Below are positions 29,287 to 38,472 of a DNA stretch of 64,000 nucleotides, piece by piece. A model generated the notes under the pieces. It worked only from the letters and a program-made list of their open reading frames with translations. It had not been told where the DNA came from and did no database searches. Numbering within the stretch: the stretch's first letter is position 1; each line of letters starts with the position of its first letter. This DNA is from Deltaproteobacteria bacterium (lineage in GTDB: Bacteria > Desulfobacterota > GWC2-55-46), in assembly GCA_016212705.1 (NCBI GenBank), contig JACREU010000070.1, forward strand, positions 72,390 through 136,389, given 5' to 3'. A program made the translations under genes and the position numbers.

Positions 29287-30414
29287 GTGGTATTGTCCAT
29301 CTCCCCGGACCAGCCGGTACAAATTTATCCAGGGGTCTTAATGCTCTCTAACCACATCACGGCCGTAAAGGGCCGCGTCGATTCCCGCAAGGACGTCACC
29401 GTCGAAGAGAGGAACTCTCTCGTCGCGCTTGCCGAGGCGAGGCTCTCCGAAGGCTTCGAGACCTACCACTGGAACGCCAACATCCACGGCATTGTCATCC
29501 GCTTATACACGAATTCCGCCCACCTCTACGACTTCTGGGTGGAGAACTGGTTCCCCGGCCCGAGGACCCAGAATGTGCTCCCGCACGGGGTCATATACGC
29601 GGTAACGGGCATTGAAGGCAGGGACCCGCACGCCTATTACAACCACGAGACGAGGACCGCCGTATTCGTAAACACCGAATACTACGGCCAGTGCAAGTCG
29701 TGGGCCCTCGGCATGGCCGCCGACATACTCGAGACACAGCACAACATCCACTCCATACACGGCTCGTGCGCGGTTTTGCACGGCAAGGGGGTCGTCATAA
29801 TAGCGCCGACCGGCACCGGGAAATCCACGCACACGTGGGGGCTCATGCAACTGCCGGACGGGAAGATACACTCCGACGACTGGGTCTTCCTCCAGTACAA
29901 GAAGGGGCTCGCAATGGCGGATATCTCTGAGAGGAAGTTCTACCTCCGCACGGACATGGTAAGGAGCTTCCCCAACCTCCGGCGCCTCCTTGACCGCTGC
30001 AAGTGCGAGAACGTCCCGGACGACGACTTCGTCGCGTTCGCTAACTCGAGGGCGATACTCGACCCGGAGTGGATATGCGGGGCCGACAAGTTCGTCGAGA
30101 GGGCGGTCGTAAAGTCTGTTATACTTCTGCGTAGGGACGCCGACTCGCCTGCTGAGGCGAGGCTTAATGCGGCCGAGGCGATAGCCATACTCGAAGAGGG
30201 GAAGATACAGGTGCTCGCGGGGGCGGGCGCGGACGTCGGGTCCTTTAAATACGAGCCGTTCTACAACCCGTATCTTCTGGTCAGGAGGAACGAGGCCCAG
30301 AGGGCTTTCTTCTCCTCCCTTTTCGAGTCGGCTACGTGCCACGTATTGAATACCGGAGTGGAAACGGTCGAAGAGACGCAGGCGAGGATAAGGCGGATAA
30401 TAAAGGAGGCTTGA
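29287..30414 (+). CDS. HPr-kinase C-terminal-domain-like P-loop protein with unknown N-terminal domain
   Basis: IHGSCAVLHGKGVVIIAPTGTGKSTH...IHSDDWVF parallels the HprK Walker-A region (HG..V...G.GVLI.G.SG.GKS....DD). Start codon uncertain: GTG at 29287 or ATG at 29341. Confidence 0.5.
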   Translation: MVLSISPDQPVQIYPGVLMLSNHITAVKGRVDSRKDVTVEERNSLVALAEARLSEGFETYHWNANIHGIVIRLYTNSAHLYDFWVENWFPGPRTQNVLPHGVIYAVTGIEGRDPHAYYNHETRTAVFVNTEYYGQCKSWALGMAADILETQHNIHSIHGSCAVLHGKGVVIIAPTGTGKSTHTWGLMQLPDGKIHSDDWVFLQYKKGLAMADISERKFYLRTDMVRSFPNLRRLLDRCKCENVPDDDFVAFANSRAILDPEWICGADKFVERAVVKSVILLRRDADSPAEARLNAAEAIAILEEGKIQVLAGAGADVGSFKYEPFYNPYLLVRRNEAQRAFFSSLFESATCHVLNTGVETVEETQARIRRIIKEA

Positions 30415-30420
30415 AGCGCC

Positions 30421-31377
30421 ATGAAGACTGCCTTGGGACTGTTTCTTTGCCTGTCGATATTCCTAAGCGGGTGCGTAGTCATTACGCTGCCCACGGCCGA
30501 GCCTCTCGTTGAAAAGGTCATAGGGGGCGAGGGCGACTCCAAGGTCCTATTGATCGACATATCCGGCATCATAACCGACAGCGACAGGAAAGACGCCGTC
30601 TTCTCGACGAAGCAGAACATGACCGCCCGGATAAGGGAGGAGCTTGACAAGGCCACTGAAGACGAGGACGTAAAGGCCGTGGTGCTCCGCATAGACTCTC
30701 CGGGCGGGGCTGTCACGACATCCGACATCATCGCCCATGAGATAAAGAAGTTCAAGGATAAGAAGAAGGTCCCCGTAATAGCCGAGCTCATGGATGTAGC
30801 CGCCTCAGGCGGCTACTATATCGCGGCGGCCTCCGACAGGATAATAGCCCACCCGACAACGGTCACCGGCTCCATAGGGGTCGTCGCCTTCAGCGTAAAC
30901 GCTTCAGGGCTCCTTGAGAAGGTAGGTATCGCCAACCAGACGATAAAGTCCGGGGATAAAAAAGACATAGGCTCGATACTCCGTCCCATGACGGGTGACG
31001 AAAGAATCATACTCCAGTCGATCATAGACGACCTCTACGAGAGGTTCCTCGACGTCGTAATGGACGGGAGAAAGGGCTCTTTTACGCGCGAAGAGCTTAA
31101 GAAAATCGCCGACGGCAGGGTATATACCGCCCGGCAGGCGCTTGACTTGAAGCTCATCGACGAGATAGGCTACCTCGACGACGCGGTTGAAGCCGCCAAA
31201 TCAAAGGCCGGTATAAAAGAGGCGCGCCTCGTCGCCTACGCCCTTCCGCGCTCGTACAGGAACAACATCTATTCAAGCCTTGCAGACCTGCCGGTCTCCA
31301 TCAACCTCGTCAATATCGACGCGGGCTCGTTCACAGGGAGGCCAGGCATGAGCTTCATGTACCTCTGGATGCAGTAA
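30421..31377 (+). CDS. sppA: signal peptide peptidase SppA (36K type)
   Basis: N-terminal signal/lipobox-like LSGC. ClpP/crotonase fold with SPGGAVTTSD and ASGGYYIAAASD. Confidence 0.8.
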   Translation: MKTALGLFLCLSIFLSGCVVITLPTAEPLVEKVIGGEGDSKVLLIDISGIITDSDRKDAVFSTKQNMTARIREELDKATEDEDVKAVVLRIDSPGGAVTTSDIIAHEIKKFKDKKKVPVIAELMDVAASGGYYIAAASDRIIAHPTTVTGSIGVVAFSVNASGLLEKVGIANQTIKSGDKKDIGSILRPMTGDERIILQSIIDDLYERFLDVVMDGRKGSFTREELKKIADGRVYTARQALDLKLIDEIGYLDDAVEAAKSKAGIKEARLVAYALPRSYRNNIYSSLADLPVSINLVNIDAGSFTGRPGMSFMYLWMQ

Positions 31378-31385
31378 GGAGCCGG

Positions 31386-33137
31386 TTGAAGTTCTGCCTT
31401 GAAGACATATGCAGGCTCGGGTTTGCGCTCGGCCTCTCAAGCCTCATCGTATTCGCATTAGGGCACGCCGGCCTCATTACGCCGCCTTTTCTCCTCCTCC
31501 CCATATTCATTCCTGCGGCTTTTCTCTTGTTCTTTGCATGGCGCTGGAAAAGGACGCGCCTCCCTCAGGAATGGACGCTCTACGAGAAGTTTCTTGCCGC
31601 GGCAGTCGTCTTTTCTATAATCATAGCCGTGCCGCTCGCCCTCATCCCCCCGGTCGTCCGCGACGAGCTCATCTCCCACCTCGCGATCCCGAAGCTCTAC
31701 CTCCAAAAGGGCGCGATACACGAGATACCCTTCATGAACTATTCGTACCTGCCGCAGAACATCGACCTCTTATACATGGTCTCGCTCGGGCTCGGTAGCG
31801 ACGTCGTCCCCAAGCTCATCCATCTCGGGTTCGCCGTCGCGACCGGGCTCGTCATATACTTCTATCTCTCGCGCGCCTCAGGCAGGGCGACGGGCCTTGT
31901 CGGGATGCTCCTTTACCTTGCAACGCCGCTTGTAGCCAACCTTTCGAGGACCGCGTACATCGACCACGGAGCGGCGTTCTACTCGACGCTCGCGGTTGTC
32001 GCGGCCCTCCGGTGGAGGGAGGATGACGGGTTCAGATGGCTCGCCGTCTCAGCCATATCCACGGGACTTGCGCTCTCGGCGAAGTACAATACGATACTTA
32101 CATTCGCCCTTATAACGGGTTTTGTTTTCATGGTCCGCGTAAATAAAAAGCAATATGCGCGCTCTCTCGCCGATACCGCCGTCTTTATCGCGGTCGCCGT
32201 CTTTGTGCTCTCCCCGTGGCTGGCGCGGAATTATCTCTGGACAGGGTCTCCGCTTTATCCCATTTACGAGAGCGCGGCCTCGTCAGTTGGAAAGGGCGAG
32301 GGGGTGCATGTGACGACGGAGCTCGCGCCGATCGCCAAGAGGATCGTCCTCTACGACGAAGGCGCGCTCGATATCGTCCTCATACCAATAAGGATATTCA
32401 TCGGGGGAGAGGATAACTCGATCCAGAAGTTCGACGGCGTGCTTAATCCTCTATTCCTCGTCCTCATGCCGCTCGCGTTTATAAAGAGGCGGGGAGGGGA
32501 CATAAAGTACCTCGCGCTCTTCGCCGGGCTCTTTATAACGATGGCGATACTCTCAGTTGACCTCGTGACCAGATACCTTTTACCTGTAATCCCTCTTTTT
32601 GCGATATTCGCCGCGCTCGGCCTCAGGAACCTCTATGATACAAGGCTTAAGTGGCTCGCTATCGCGCTCGCGGTCGCTACGGTCGGCTTTTGCCTCGCCT
32701 ACGAAAAGGGGCTTTATGATAAATACAGGCCGCTCTCGTATCTCTTCGGGAATGACACCAGAGAGGCGTACCTTGAAAGGATGCTCCCTGATTACAAGGC
32801 CGTCTCATACGCCAACAGCCGCATCCCCGAAGGCTCCAGGGTCTTCCTCCTCTTTTCAGGCGACAGGGGATATTACTGGGAGAGGGACTACTTTTACGGC
32901 GACAGGATGGGTAAGCTCCTGAAAGTCATGGTGCTCTCATCTAAAAACGCGGAGGAATTCAAGGCAAGGCTCCGCGCCATTGGGATAACCCACTTGTTCT
33001 TTAACGACGAGATATTTGAGAGGTTCTTGAACGACAACTTCGATGGAGACGGCCTCAAGCGCGTCGCTGAGTTTTTCAACGTTCACGCGAAGAGGCTCTT
33101 TGACGCGAACGGTTATTCTATATACGAGATAAAATAA
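31386..33137 (+). CDS. polytopic membrane glycosyltransferase family 39 / ArnT-PMT-like protein
   Basis: About 10 TM helices in the N-terminal 420 aa and a soluble C-terminal domain. First periplasmic loop has a DE motif (VRDELISHLAIPK), as in GT-C enzymes. TTG start is tentative. Confidence 0.5.
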   Translation: MKFCLEDICRLGFALGLSSLIVFALGHAGLITPPFLLLPIFIPAAFLLFFAWRWKRTRLPQEWTLYEKFLAAAVVFSIIIAVPLALIPPVVRDELISHLAIPKLYLQKGAIHEIPFMNYSYLPQNIDLLYMVSLGLGSDVVPKLIHLGFAVATGLVIYFYLSRASGRATGLVGMLLYLATPLVANLSRTAYIDHGAAFYSTLAVVAALRWREDDGFRWLAVSAISTGLALSAKYNTILTFALITGFVFMVRVNKKQYARSLADTAVFIAVAVFVLSPWLARNYLWTGSPLYPIYESAASSVGKGEGVHVTTELAPIAKRIVLYDEGALDIVLIPIRIFIGGEDNSIQKFDGVLNPLFLVLMPLAFIKRRGGDIKYLALFAGLFITMAILSVDLVTRYLLPVIPLFAIFAALGLRNLYDTRLKWLAIALAVATVGFCLAYEKGLYDKYRPLSYLFGNDTREAYLERMLPDYKAVSYANSRIPEGSRVFLLFSGDRGYYWERDYFYGDRMGKLLKVMVLSSKNAEEFKARLRAIGITHLFFNDEIFERFLNDNFDGDGLKRVAEFFNVHAKRLFDANGYSIYEIK

Positions 33138-33164
33138 GGGGCAAGAGTAGATGCGGAACTTCAT

Positions 33165-33201
33165 GCGCAGGCGGCCCTTTCGGGCCGCCTGCGCCTTTTT
33201 T
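33165..33201 (+). terminator. rho-independent terminator
   Basis: 13-bp perfect stem GCGCAGGCGGCCC-TTTC-GGGCCGCCTGCGC followed by CTTTTTT. Lies between convergent gene ends. Confidence 0.65.
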
Positions 33202-35863
33202 ACGGCTTAGGCTCCGGTTCAGCCTTGTTGCCGTTCGGCCCTACAATCGAGACTACGTAAGAGTCGAGCGTTATGTACTTCCTCGCTATCCTCAGGACGT
33301 CATCAACGGTAACTGCCTCGATCTTGCCCAGATACTCCCTGCTGAACCCGTAGCCCAGACCGTAGAGCTCGTTATTCGCCATGTCGGAGGCCTGGCTCGA
33401 TACCTCCTGGAGACCTATCTCGTAGGAGCCTATGAGCGACATCCTGGCGCGGTTCAGCTCGTCGCTTGCCACAGGGTTCGTCCTTATCTCTTCGAGCTCC
33501 TTTAGGAGCGCCGCAATGGCCTGGTCTTTCTTCTCCGGCGCCGAGGCTATGTAGACGCCGAATATGCCGGGGTCCGCGCCTTCGCGCTCAACGGCGCTTA
33601 CGCTGTATGCGAGAGAGAGCCTGTCCCTAAGGTTTATGAATAACCTGCCGCCCTGGCCGGAGAGTATCTCGCTTAAGACCCTTAACGGATAACTGTCCTC
33701 GTTGCCTATGGTGGTGCCGGGGAAGGCTATCGCCATGTGGGTCTGCTCCTTATCCTTCATCTCTCCGGTCTTTACTATGCCGGACGGCGGAGGGTCGAGC
33801 AGAGGGCGCGCAAGCGCCTTCCCGGTATTCTTGAAGTCCGTGAAGGCCGCCTTTACCTTCTCTATCGCGTAATCGGTCTTCACGTCTCCGACTATCGTCA
33901 GTATCATCCGGTCAGGCACGAAGAACGCCTCGTGGTGGGCGACCATGTCGTCGCGCCTGAAATCCGCGACAGTCTCCCTGGTGCCTATGGCGGGCATACC
34001 GTATGGATGGACCTTGAAGAGCTCTTTATACAAGAGCTTGAAGGTATAGCCCGGCAGGTTGTCCTCCTGCCTGTTTATCCCCGCGAGGGTGTCCTTCCGG
34101 AGCTTCTCAATCTCGGCTTCAGGGAAGACAGGGTTTAAAAGGACGTCGGCGAATATCCCGAGCCCCTTGTCGAAGAAGGATGATAAGAACTTGCCGGACG
34201 CCCCCGTGGAGTTCCAGCCGGAAAAGCCCGATACTCCGCCGGCCATCTCCTCGACCTCGCGGGAGAGTTCCTCCCGCGTCCTCTTTGCAGTGCCCCTTGT
34301 GAGCATCGCTCCGGTGAAGTTCCCTACGCCGTTTTTGTCCGGCTTTTCAAACCTGAGGCCGCCGGGGAACGCCCCGTAAAACGCGACCGTCGGGTTTGAG
34401 TGGACCTCTTTTACGATGAGCGTGATGCCGTTTTCAAGCCTCACCTTTGTTGTTTTTGTATCCGCCTCGGCATTTGCCGGCTTCGAAGATGCCGTTTTTA
34501 AGGATGCGGCTATTGTTCCGGCTATCGCGTCCCTTGAAATGGGAGGGGCGTCCTTCGGGAGGAGCGTGGAGACGGTCATCGCCTCGGGGTTGATGTACTT
34601 CGCGAGCACGCGTCTTATGTCGTCCGAACCCACCTTCCTTATCCCCTCGATGTATTTTCTTTCGTAGTTGACGTCCCCGAGGTTCGTCTCGAAGTACCCG
34701 AGCTTTCCGGCTATCCCGTCCGTCGTCTCCCGCGAGTAGACGAAGTCGCTCTCGATGTTGAACTTCGCCCTCTCTATCTCCTCGTGGTCTGGCCCCTCGT
34801 GTTTGAGCCTCTCAAGCTCTGAGATGGTCCCTGAAATCGCGTCCTCGATGTTCCCGGGCTCAAGGACAGCGGTTATGAAGAAGAGACCGGGGTCCTTAAG
34901 AGACATGCCGTATGAGGATATCCCGTGGACGAGGGATTTTTCCAGCTTGAGTTTTTTGTAGAGCCTCGATGTCTCCCCGCCTCCGAGTATCACTTCCGCG
35001 ACGTCGAGCGCGTATATGTCCGGGTCCTTAAGAGAAGGGATGTGGAAGGCGAGCCCGAGGTGTCCGTCCTTTATGGGTCTTGTGAGTATCTCGGTCTTAA
35101 GTACCTTCTGCGCGGGCTCGACGGGCCTCTTTTTATGGGGGTCCTCGGCCTTCTTAAAGCCCCTGAAGGCTTTTTTGACCTCTGAGAGCGCGGCAGAGCC
35201 GTCGACGTCGCCGGAGATGACAAGCGTCATGTTGTTGGGGACGTACCAGCGCCTGAAGAAGCCCAGTATCTGGGGCCTCGTGAATGAGCTTACCGTCTCC
35301 TGATAGCCGATGACCGGCCTCCTGTACGGATGCGTCGTGTAAGCGTTCCGGAGGATCGACTTGTACATCGTCCTCCCGGGGCTGTCCTCGTTCATCCGTA
35401 TCTCCTCAATGACGACCTCGAGCTCTTTTTTGAGCTCTTCGGGGTCGAAGGCGGAGTTCTGTATGGCGTCCGCTATGACGTCGAGGCCGGTTGAGAAGTG
35501 CCTGCTCGGCACGGTCAGGTGGTAGACGGTATTGTCAAAGGAGGTGTACGCGTTTATGTCGCCGCCGACGGACTCAATCATCGAGGCGAGCTCTCCGACC
35601 GTCCTCTTGCCAGTCCCCTTGAACAACATGTGCTCGAATACATGGGAGATGCCGGCCTCTTTGTCGGTCTCGTCCGCGCTCCCGACCCTTACCCACATCT
35701 GGACCGAGACGACAGGGGCCGAACGGGCCTCCTCTATGATTACCGTAAGGCCGTTCGAAAGCCTGTGCCTCTGGACCCCGTCGGTCGCCTGAGAGTCTGC
35801 CGCGAATAGCGCGAGTACGACCGTGAAAAGGGCGGCGTATAAGACCATCCTTGCTCTTAACAT
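33200..35863 (-). CDS. secreted M16-family (pitrilysin/insulinase-like) zinc peptidase, tandem double module
   Basis: Signal peptide. HxxEH motif HVFEHMLFKG. Two M16 active plus inactive module pairs over 887 aa. Confidence 0.85.
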   Translation of the reverse strand: MLRARMVLYAALFTVVLALFAADSQATDGVQRHRLSNGLTVIIEEARSAPVVSVQMWVRVGSADETDKEAGISHVFEHMLFKGTGKRTVGELASMIESVGGDINAYTSFDNTVYHLTVPSRHFSTGLDVIADAIQNSAFDPEELKKELEVVIEEIRMNEDSPGRTMYKSILRNAYTTHPYRRPVIGYQETVSSFTRPQILGFFRRWYVPNNMTLVISGDVDGSAALSEVKKAFRGFKKAEDPHKKRPVEPAQKVLKTEILTRPIKDGHLGLAFHIPSLKDPDIYALDVAEVILGGGETSRLYKKLKLEKSLVHGISSYGMSLKDPGLFFITAVLEPGNIEDAISGTISELERLKHEGPDHEEIERAKFNIESDFVYSRETTDGIAGKLGYFETNLGDVNYERKYIEGIRKVGSDDIRRVLAKYINPEAMTVSTLLPKDAPPISRDAIAGTIAASLKTASSKPANAEADTKTTKVRLENGITLIVKEVHSNPTVAFYGAFPGGLRFEKPDKNGVGNFTGAMLTRGTAKRTREELSREVEEMAGGVSGFSGWNSTGASGKFLSSFFDKGLGIFADVLLNPVFPEAEIEKLRKDTLAGINRQEDNLPGYTFKLLYKELFKVHPYGMPAIGTRETVADFRRDDMVAHHEAFFVPDRMILTIVGDVKTDYAIEKVKAAFTDFKNTGKALARPLLDPPPSGIVKTGEMKDKEQTHMAIAFPGTTIGNEDSYPLRVLSEILSGQGGRLFINLRDRLSLAYSVSAVEREGADPGIFGVYIASAPEKKDQAIAALLKELEEIRTNPVASDELNRARMSLIGSYEIGLQEVSSQASDMANNELYGLGYGFSREYLGKIEAVTVDDVLRIARKYITLDSYVVSIVGPNGNKAEPEPKP

Positions 35864-35937
35864 CGTATAAAACCTCCGTTTTCAATTCCGAATAAATAAG
35901 GATAAACCAAAACCCGCCCATTTTCAACCCCTCTGCC

Positions 35938-35965
35938 TTGACACAAAAGAAAAACCCGCTATTAT
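35938..35965 (+). promoter_or_regulatory. sigma-70 type promoter candidate
   Basis: TTGACA-N16-TATTAT about 70 nt upstream of the pncA-like gene. Confidence 0.35.
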
Positions 35966-36033
35966 TTTGCTGACGGGCCGGTTATCGGCTTGGAGTTTAG
36001 TATAACGGAGGGGCCGATGTTGGGAGCGGGGAG

Positions 36034-36624
36034 ATGAGGAACAGGAGCGCCCTCGTCATAGTCGACCTCCAGAACGACTTCTGCCCCAAAGGGGCGCTAC
36101 CGGTACCGGGTGGCGACGGGATAGTCCCGGTTGTAAACAGGTATCTGGACCTTTTTATGGCCGCCGGGGTGCAGGTCTTCTTCACAAGAGACTGGCACCC
36201 GGCAAGGACTGTCCACTTTAAGGAATTCGGCGGCTCGTGGCCGCCGCACTGCGTACAGGGGACAGAGGGCGCGCGATTCCATCCGGGGGTTAAGATGCCC
36301 GCTGACGCGGTAATAATCACAAAGGGCGAATCTCCGGAAGGCGACAGCTACTCCGGTTTTGACGGCTTTGACCCTGTTGGCCTGGACTTCGAGGCCTCCA
36401 TCAAGGGGAGGGGTATAACGCACATCTACCTTGGAGGGCTCGCGGGAGACTACTGCGTAAAGGCGACCGCGCTGGACGGACTTGGCAGAGGCTTCAAGGT
36501 GACGGTCCTCCTCGACGCCATAAAGGGCGTTGACGCCAGGCCCGGCGATTCGGAGAGGGCACTCGAAGAGATGCTGGCAAAAGGCGCCGAAACGTCTACG
36601 ATAGACGAGATAGACTTCACATAA
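36034..36624 (+). CDS. pncA: nicotinamidase / isochorismatase-family cysteine hydrolase
   Basis: ALVIVDLQNDFCPKGALPV and a catalytic Cys region (GGLAGDYCV) typical of PncA. Confidence 0.75.
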   Translation: MRNRSALVIVDLQNDFCPKGALPVPGGDGIVPVVNRYLDLFMAAGVQVFFTRDWHPARTVHFKEFGGSWPPHCVQGTEGARFHPGVKMPADAVIITKGESPEGDSYSGFDGFDPVGLDFEASIKGRGITHIYLGGLAGDYCVKATALDGLGRGFKVTVLLDAIKGVDARPGDSERALEEMLAKGAETSTIDEIDFT

Positions 36625-36637
36625 TAAAGGACGGATT

Positions 36638-36969
36638 ATGGACGCGCCAAGGATAACAAGGGAAGAGCTCAAGAGGAAGATAGAGGCCGGGGAGCCGCTT
36701 ACGATACTCGACGTCCGTAACACGACCGATTACGCGGCCTCCTCAAAGAGGTTGCCAAAGGCGATACGGATACCTTTAAAAGAGCTCGAGTTAAGGTTAG
36801 GCGAACTCGATAAGGCGAAAGAGGCGGTAGCCTACTGCACCTGAACAGACGAGCACTCGAGCGCCGGTGCGGCGCTCATCCTCCTGGACAATGGGTTTAA
36901 AAAGGCGAGCGCGCTCATAGGCGGCTTCAGCGCGTGGCAGGCGTCTGGACTGCCGCTTGACGATAAGTA
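36638..36969 (+). CDS. single-domain rhodanese sulfurtransferase with in-frame TGA at the catalytic Cys position (candidate selenoprotein) and a 3'-proximal A-run frameshift
   Basis: N-terminal rhodanese fold (ITREELKRKIEAGEPLTILDVRNTTDYAASS...AVAYC-T-[TGA]-TDEHSSAGAALILLDNGF). Alignment to GlpE (MCYHGNSSKGAA) places the UGA exactly at the catalytic Cys. The C-terminal rhodanese motif KASALIGGFSAWQASGLP is in the -1 frame after an A4 run at 36899-36902. Confidence 0.5.
36859..36877 (+). promoter_or_regulatory. bSECIS-like hairpin downstream of the in-frame UGA
   Basis: GAGCGCC-GGUGC-GGCGCUC, a 7-bp stem with a G/U-containing apical loop. Starts 14 nt after UGA (36842-36844); the apical loop is 21 nt downstream. 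Confidence 0.35.
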
Positions 36970-37042
36970 GCTGAATACGCGCTCAACCCCAGCCAAAGGC
37001 TTCATCAAGCCTTTGGAAAAAAATATCAGGTATACCTGTCCA

Positions 37043-38458
37043 TTATCCCTTACGGGACCTCTTTAAGTCCGTTGGGCTTGTTATGAGCGTCGGGTCCATG
37101 AGACGGTCCCATTCCTTTCCCGTCATTATGCCTTTCCCGATAACAATGTCCTTTATCGTCTCTCCGGTACGAAGGGCCTCCTTTGCGACAGAGGCCGCCT
37201 CGTCGTAACCGATGAAGGTGTTGAGGAGCGTCGCAAGCCCGGCAGAGCGCTCGAAAAGCCCCGCGCACCTCTTCGCGTCCGCCTTTATGCCTGCCACGCA
37301 TTTATCCGTAAACGCGGCAATTGCGGAGCCGAGTATCTCTATCGATTGGAGGATATTATAGTTTATGACCGGGCCCATGACGTTCAATTCCAGCTGTCCG
37401 GCCTGGACGGCCAGGGCTACGGCCGCGTCATTGCCGATGACCTGAAAGCAGACCATAGTGAGCATCTCGGCCATCACCGGGTTGACCTTACCCGGCATAA
37501 TGGAAGAGCCGGGCTGGAGAGCCGGGAGCCTTATTTCGGAGAGCCCGGTATTCGGGCCTGAGCTCAAAAGCCGGAGGTCGTTCGAGACCCGTATGAGCTC
37601 AAGGCTTAAGTTCCGGAGCTCGCCTGAGAAAGAGGCAAAGTCCGCCATGCTGTTCAAGGCCTCGAATGGGTCCTTTGCCTTGACAAAGCGAACCCCTGAG
37701 ACTTTAGAGAGCTCTCTTGTGACCGTTTCCCTGTACTTTGGGTGCGTGTTAATGCCCGTGCCGACGGCCGTCCCGCCGAGGCCTGTCGTTCTCATGCGGC
37801 CGAGCGCTGTCTTAAGGCGAAGACTGGAGTTTTTAACGGCTGAGGCGTATGAGCCGAACTCCTCTCCGAGCGTCACCGGGACGGCGTCCTGGAGGTGGGT
37901 CCTCCCGGACTTGATGATTGAGGAGAACTCCCTCGATTTTTTCCTGAGCGCGGTCTCAAAAGAGGCGAGGGGGGCCAGGATGGTCTCTGAGGAAAGGAGG
38001 ATAGCGAGGCGCAGGGCCGTCGGCATCGTGTCGTTCGTCGACTGGCTCCTGTTGACGTGGTCGTTCGGGTGTACGAGCGAGTAGTCGCCTTTTTTTCCGC
38101 CGAGGAGCTCTATCGCCCTGTTGGCGATGACCTCGTTCGCGTTCATGTTGTGCGACGTGCCGGCCCCTGCCTGGTATGCGTCCACTATGAACTCTCCGTC
38201 GAATAGGCCTTCGGCGGCCTCAATGGAGGCCCTCATTATGGCGGAGGCCGTCTTTTTGTCGAGGAGGCCGAGCAACATGTTCGCGGAAGCAGAGGCGTGC
38301 TTCACAAGTGCGGTAGCCCTTATGAACGTCCGTTTTGGCCGGATGCCGCTTACTTGAAAGTTCTCGCGCGCGCGGAGCGTCTGTATCCCGTAATAGGCGT
38401 CTTTAGGGACCATCCGCTCGCCGAGCGAGTCTCTTTCTCGTCTGAACTTAACAGGCAT
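37043..38458 (-). CDS. aspA: aspartate ammonia-lyase
   Basis: Lyase_1 signature GSSIMPGKVNPVMAE. N-terminal YYGIQTLRARENF favours aspartase over fumarase (which has WGAQTQRS). Confidence 0.85.
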   Translation of the reverse strand: MPVKFRRERDSLGERMVPKDAYYGIQTLRARENFQVSGIRPKRTFIRATALVKHASASANMLLGLLDKKTASAIMRASIEAAEGLFDGEFIVDAYQAGAGTSHNMNANEVIANRAIELLGGKKGDYSLVHPNDHVNRSQSTNDTMPTALRLAILLSSETILAPLASFETALRKKSREFSSIIKSGRTHLQDAVPVTLGEEFGSYASAVKNSSLRLKTALGRMRTTGLGGTAVGTGINTHPKYRETVTRELSKVSGVRFVKAKDPFEALNSMADFASFSGELRNLSLELIRVSNDLRLLSSGPNTGLSEIRLPALQPGSSIMPGKVNPVMAEMLTMVCFQVIGNDAAVALAVQAGQLELNVMGPVINYNILQSIEILGSAIAAFTDKCVAGIKADAKRCAGLFERSAGLATLLNTFIGYDEAASVAKEALRTGETIKDIVIGKGIMTGKEWDRLMDPTLITSPTDLKRSRKG

Positions 38459-38472
38459 GTTTTTTGAAGTGT

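Noticed and set aside
36970-37042. 10-bp perfect hairpin CCAAAGGCTT-CATCA-AAGCCTTTGG + A7 between rhodanese and aspA
   Set aside because: The U-tract orientation does not fit an intrinsic terminator for either strand (A-run follows the stem on + and the T-run precedes it on -). It may still be a structural element.
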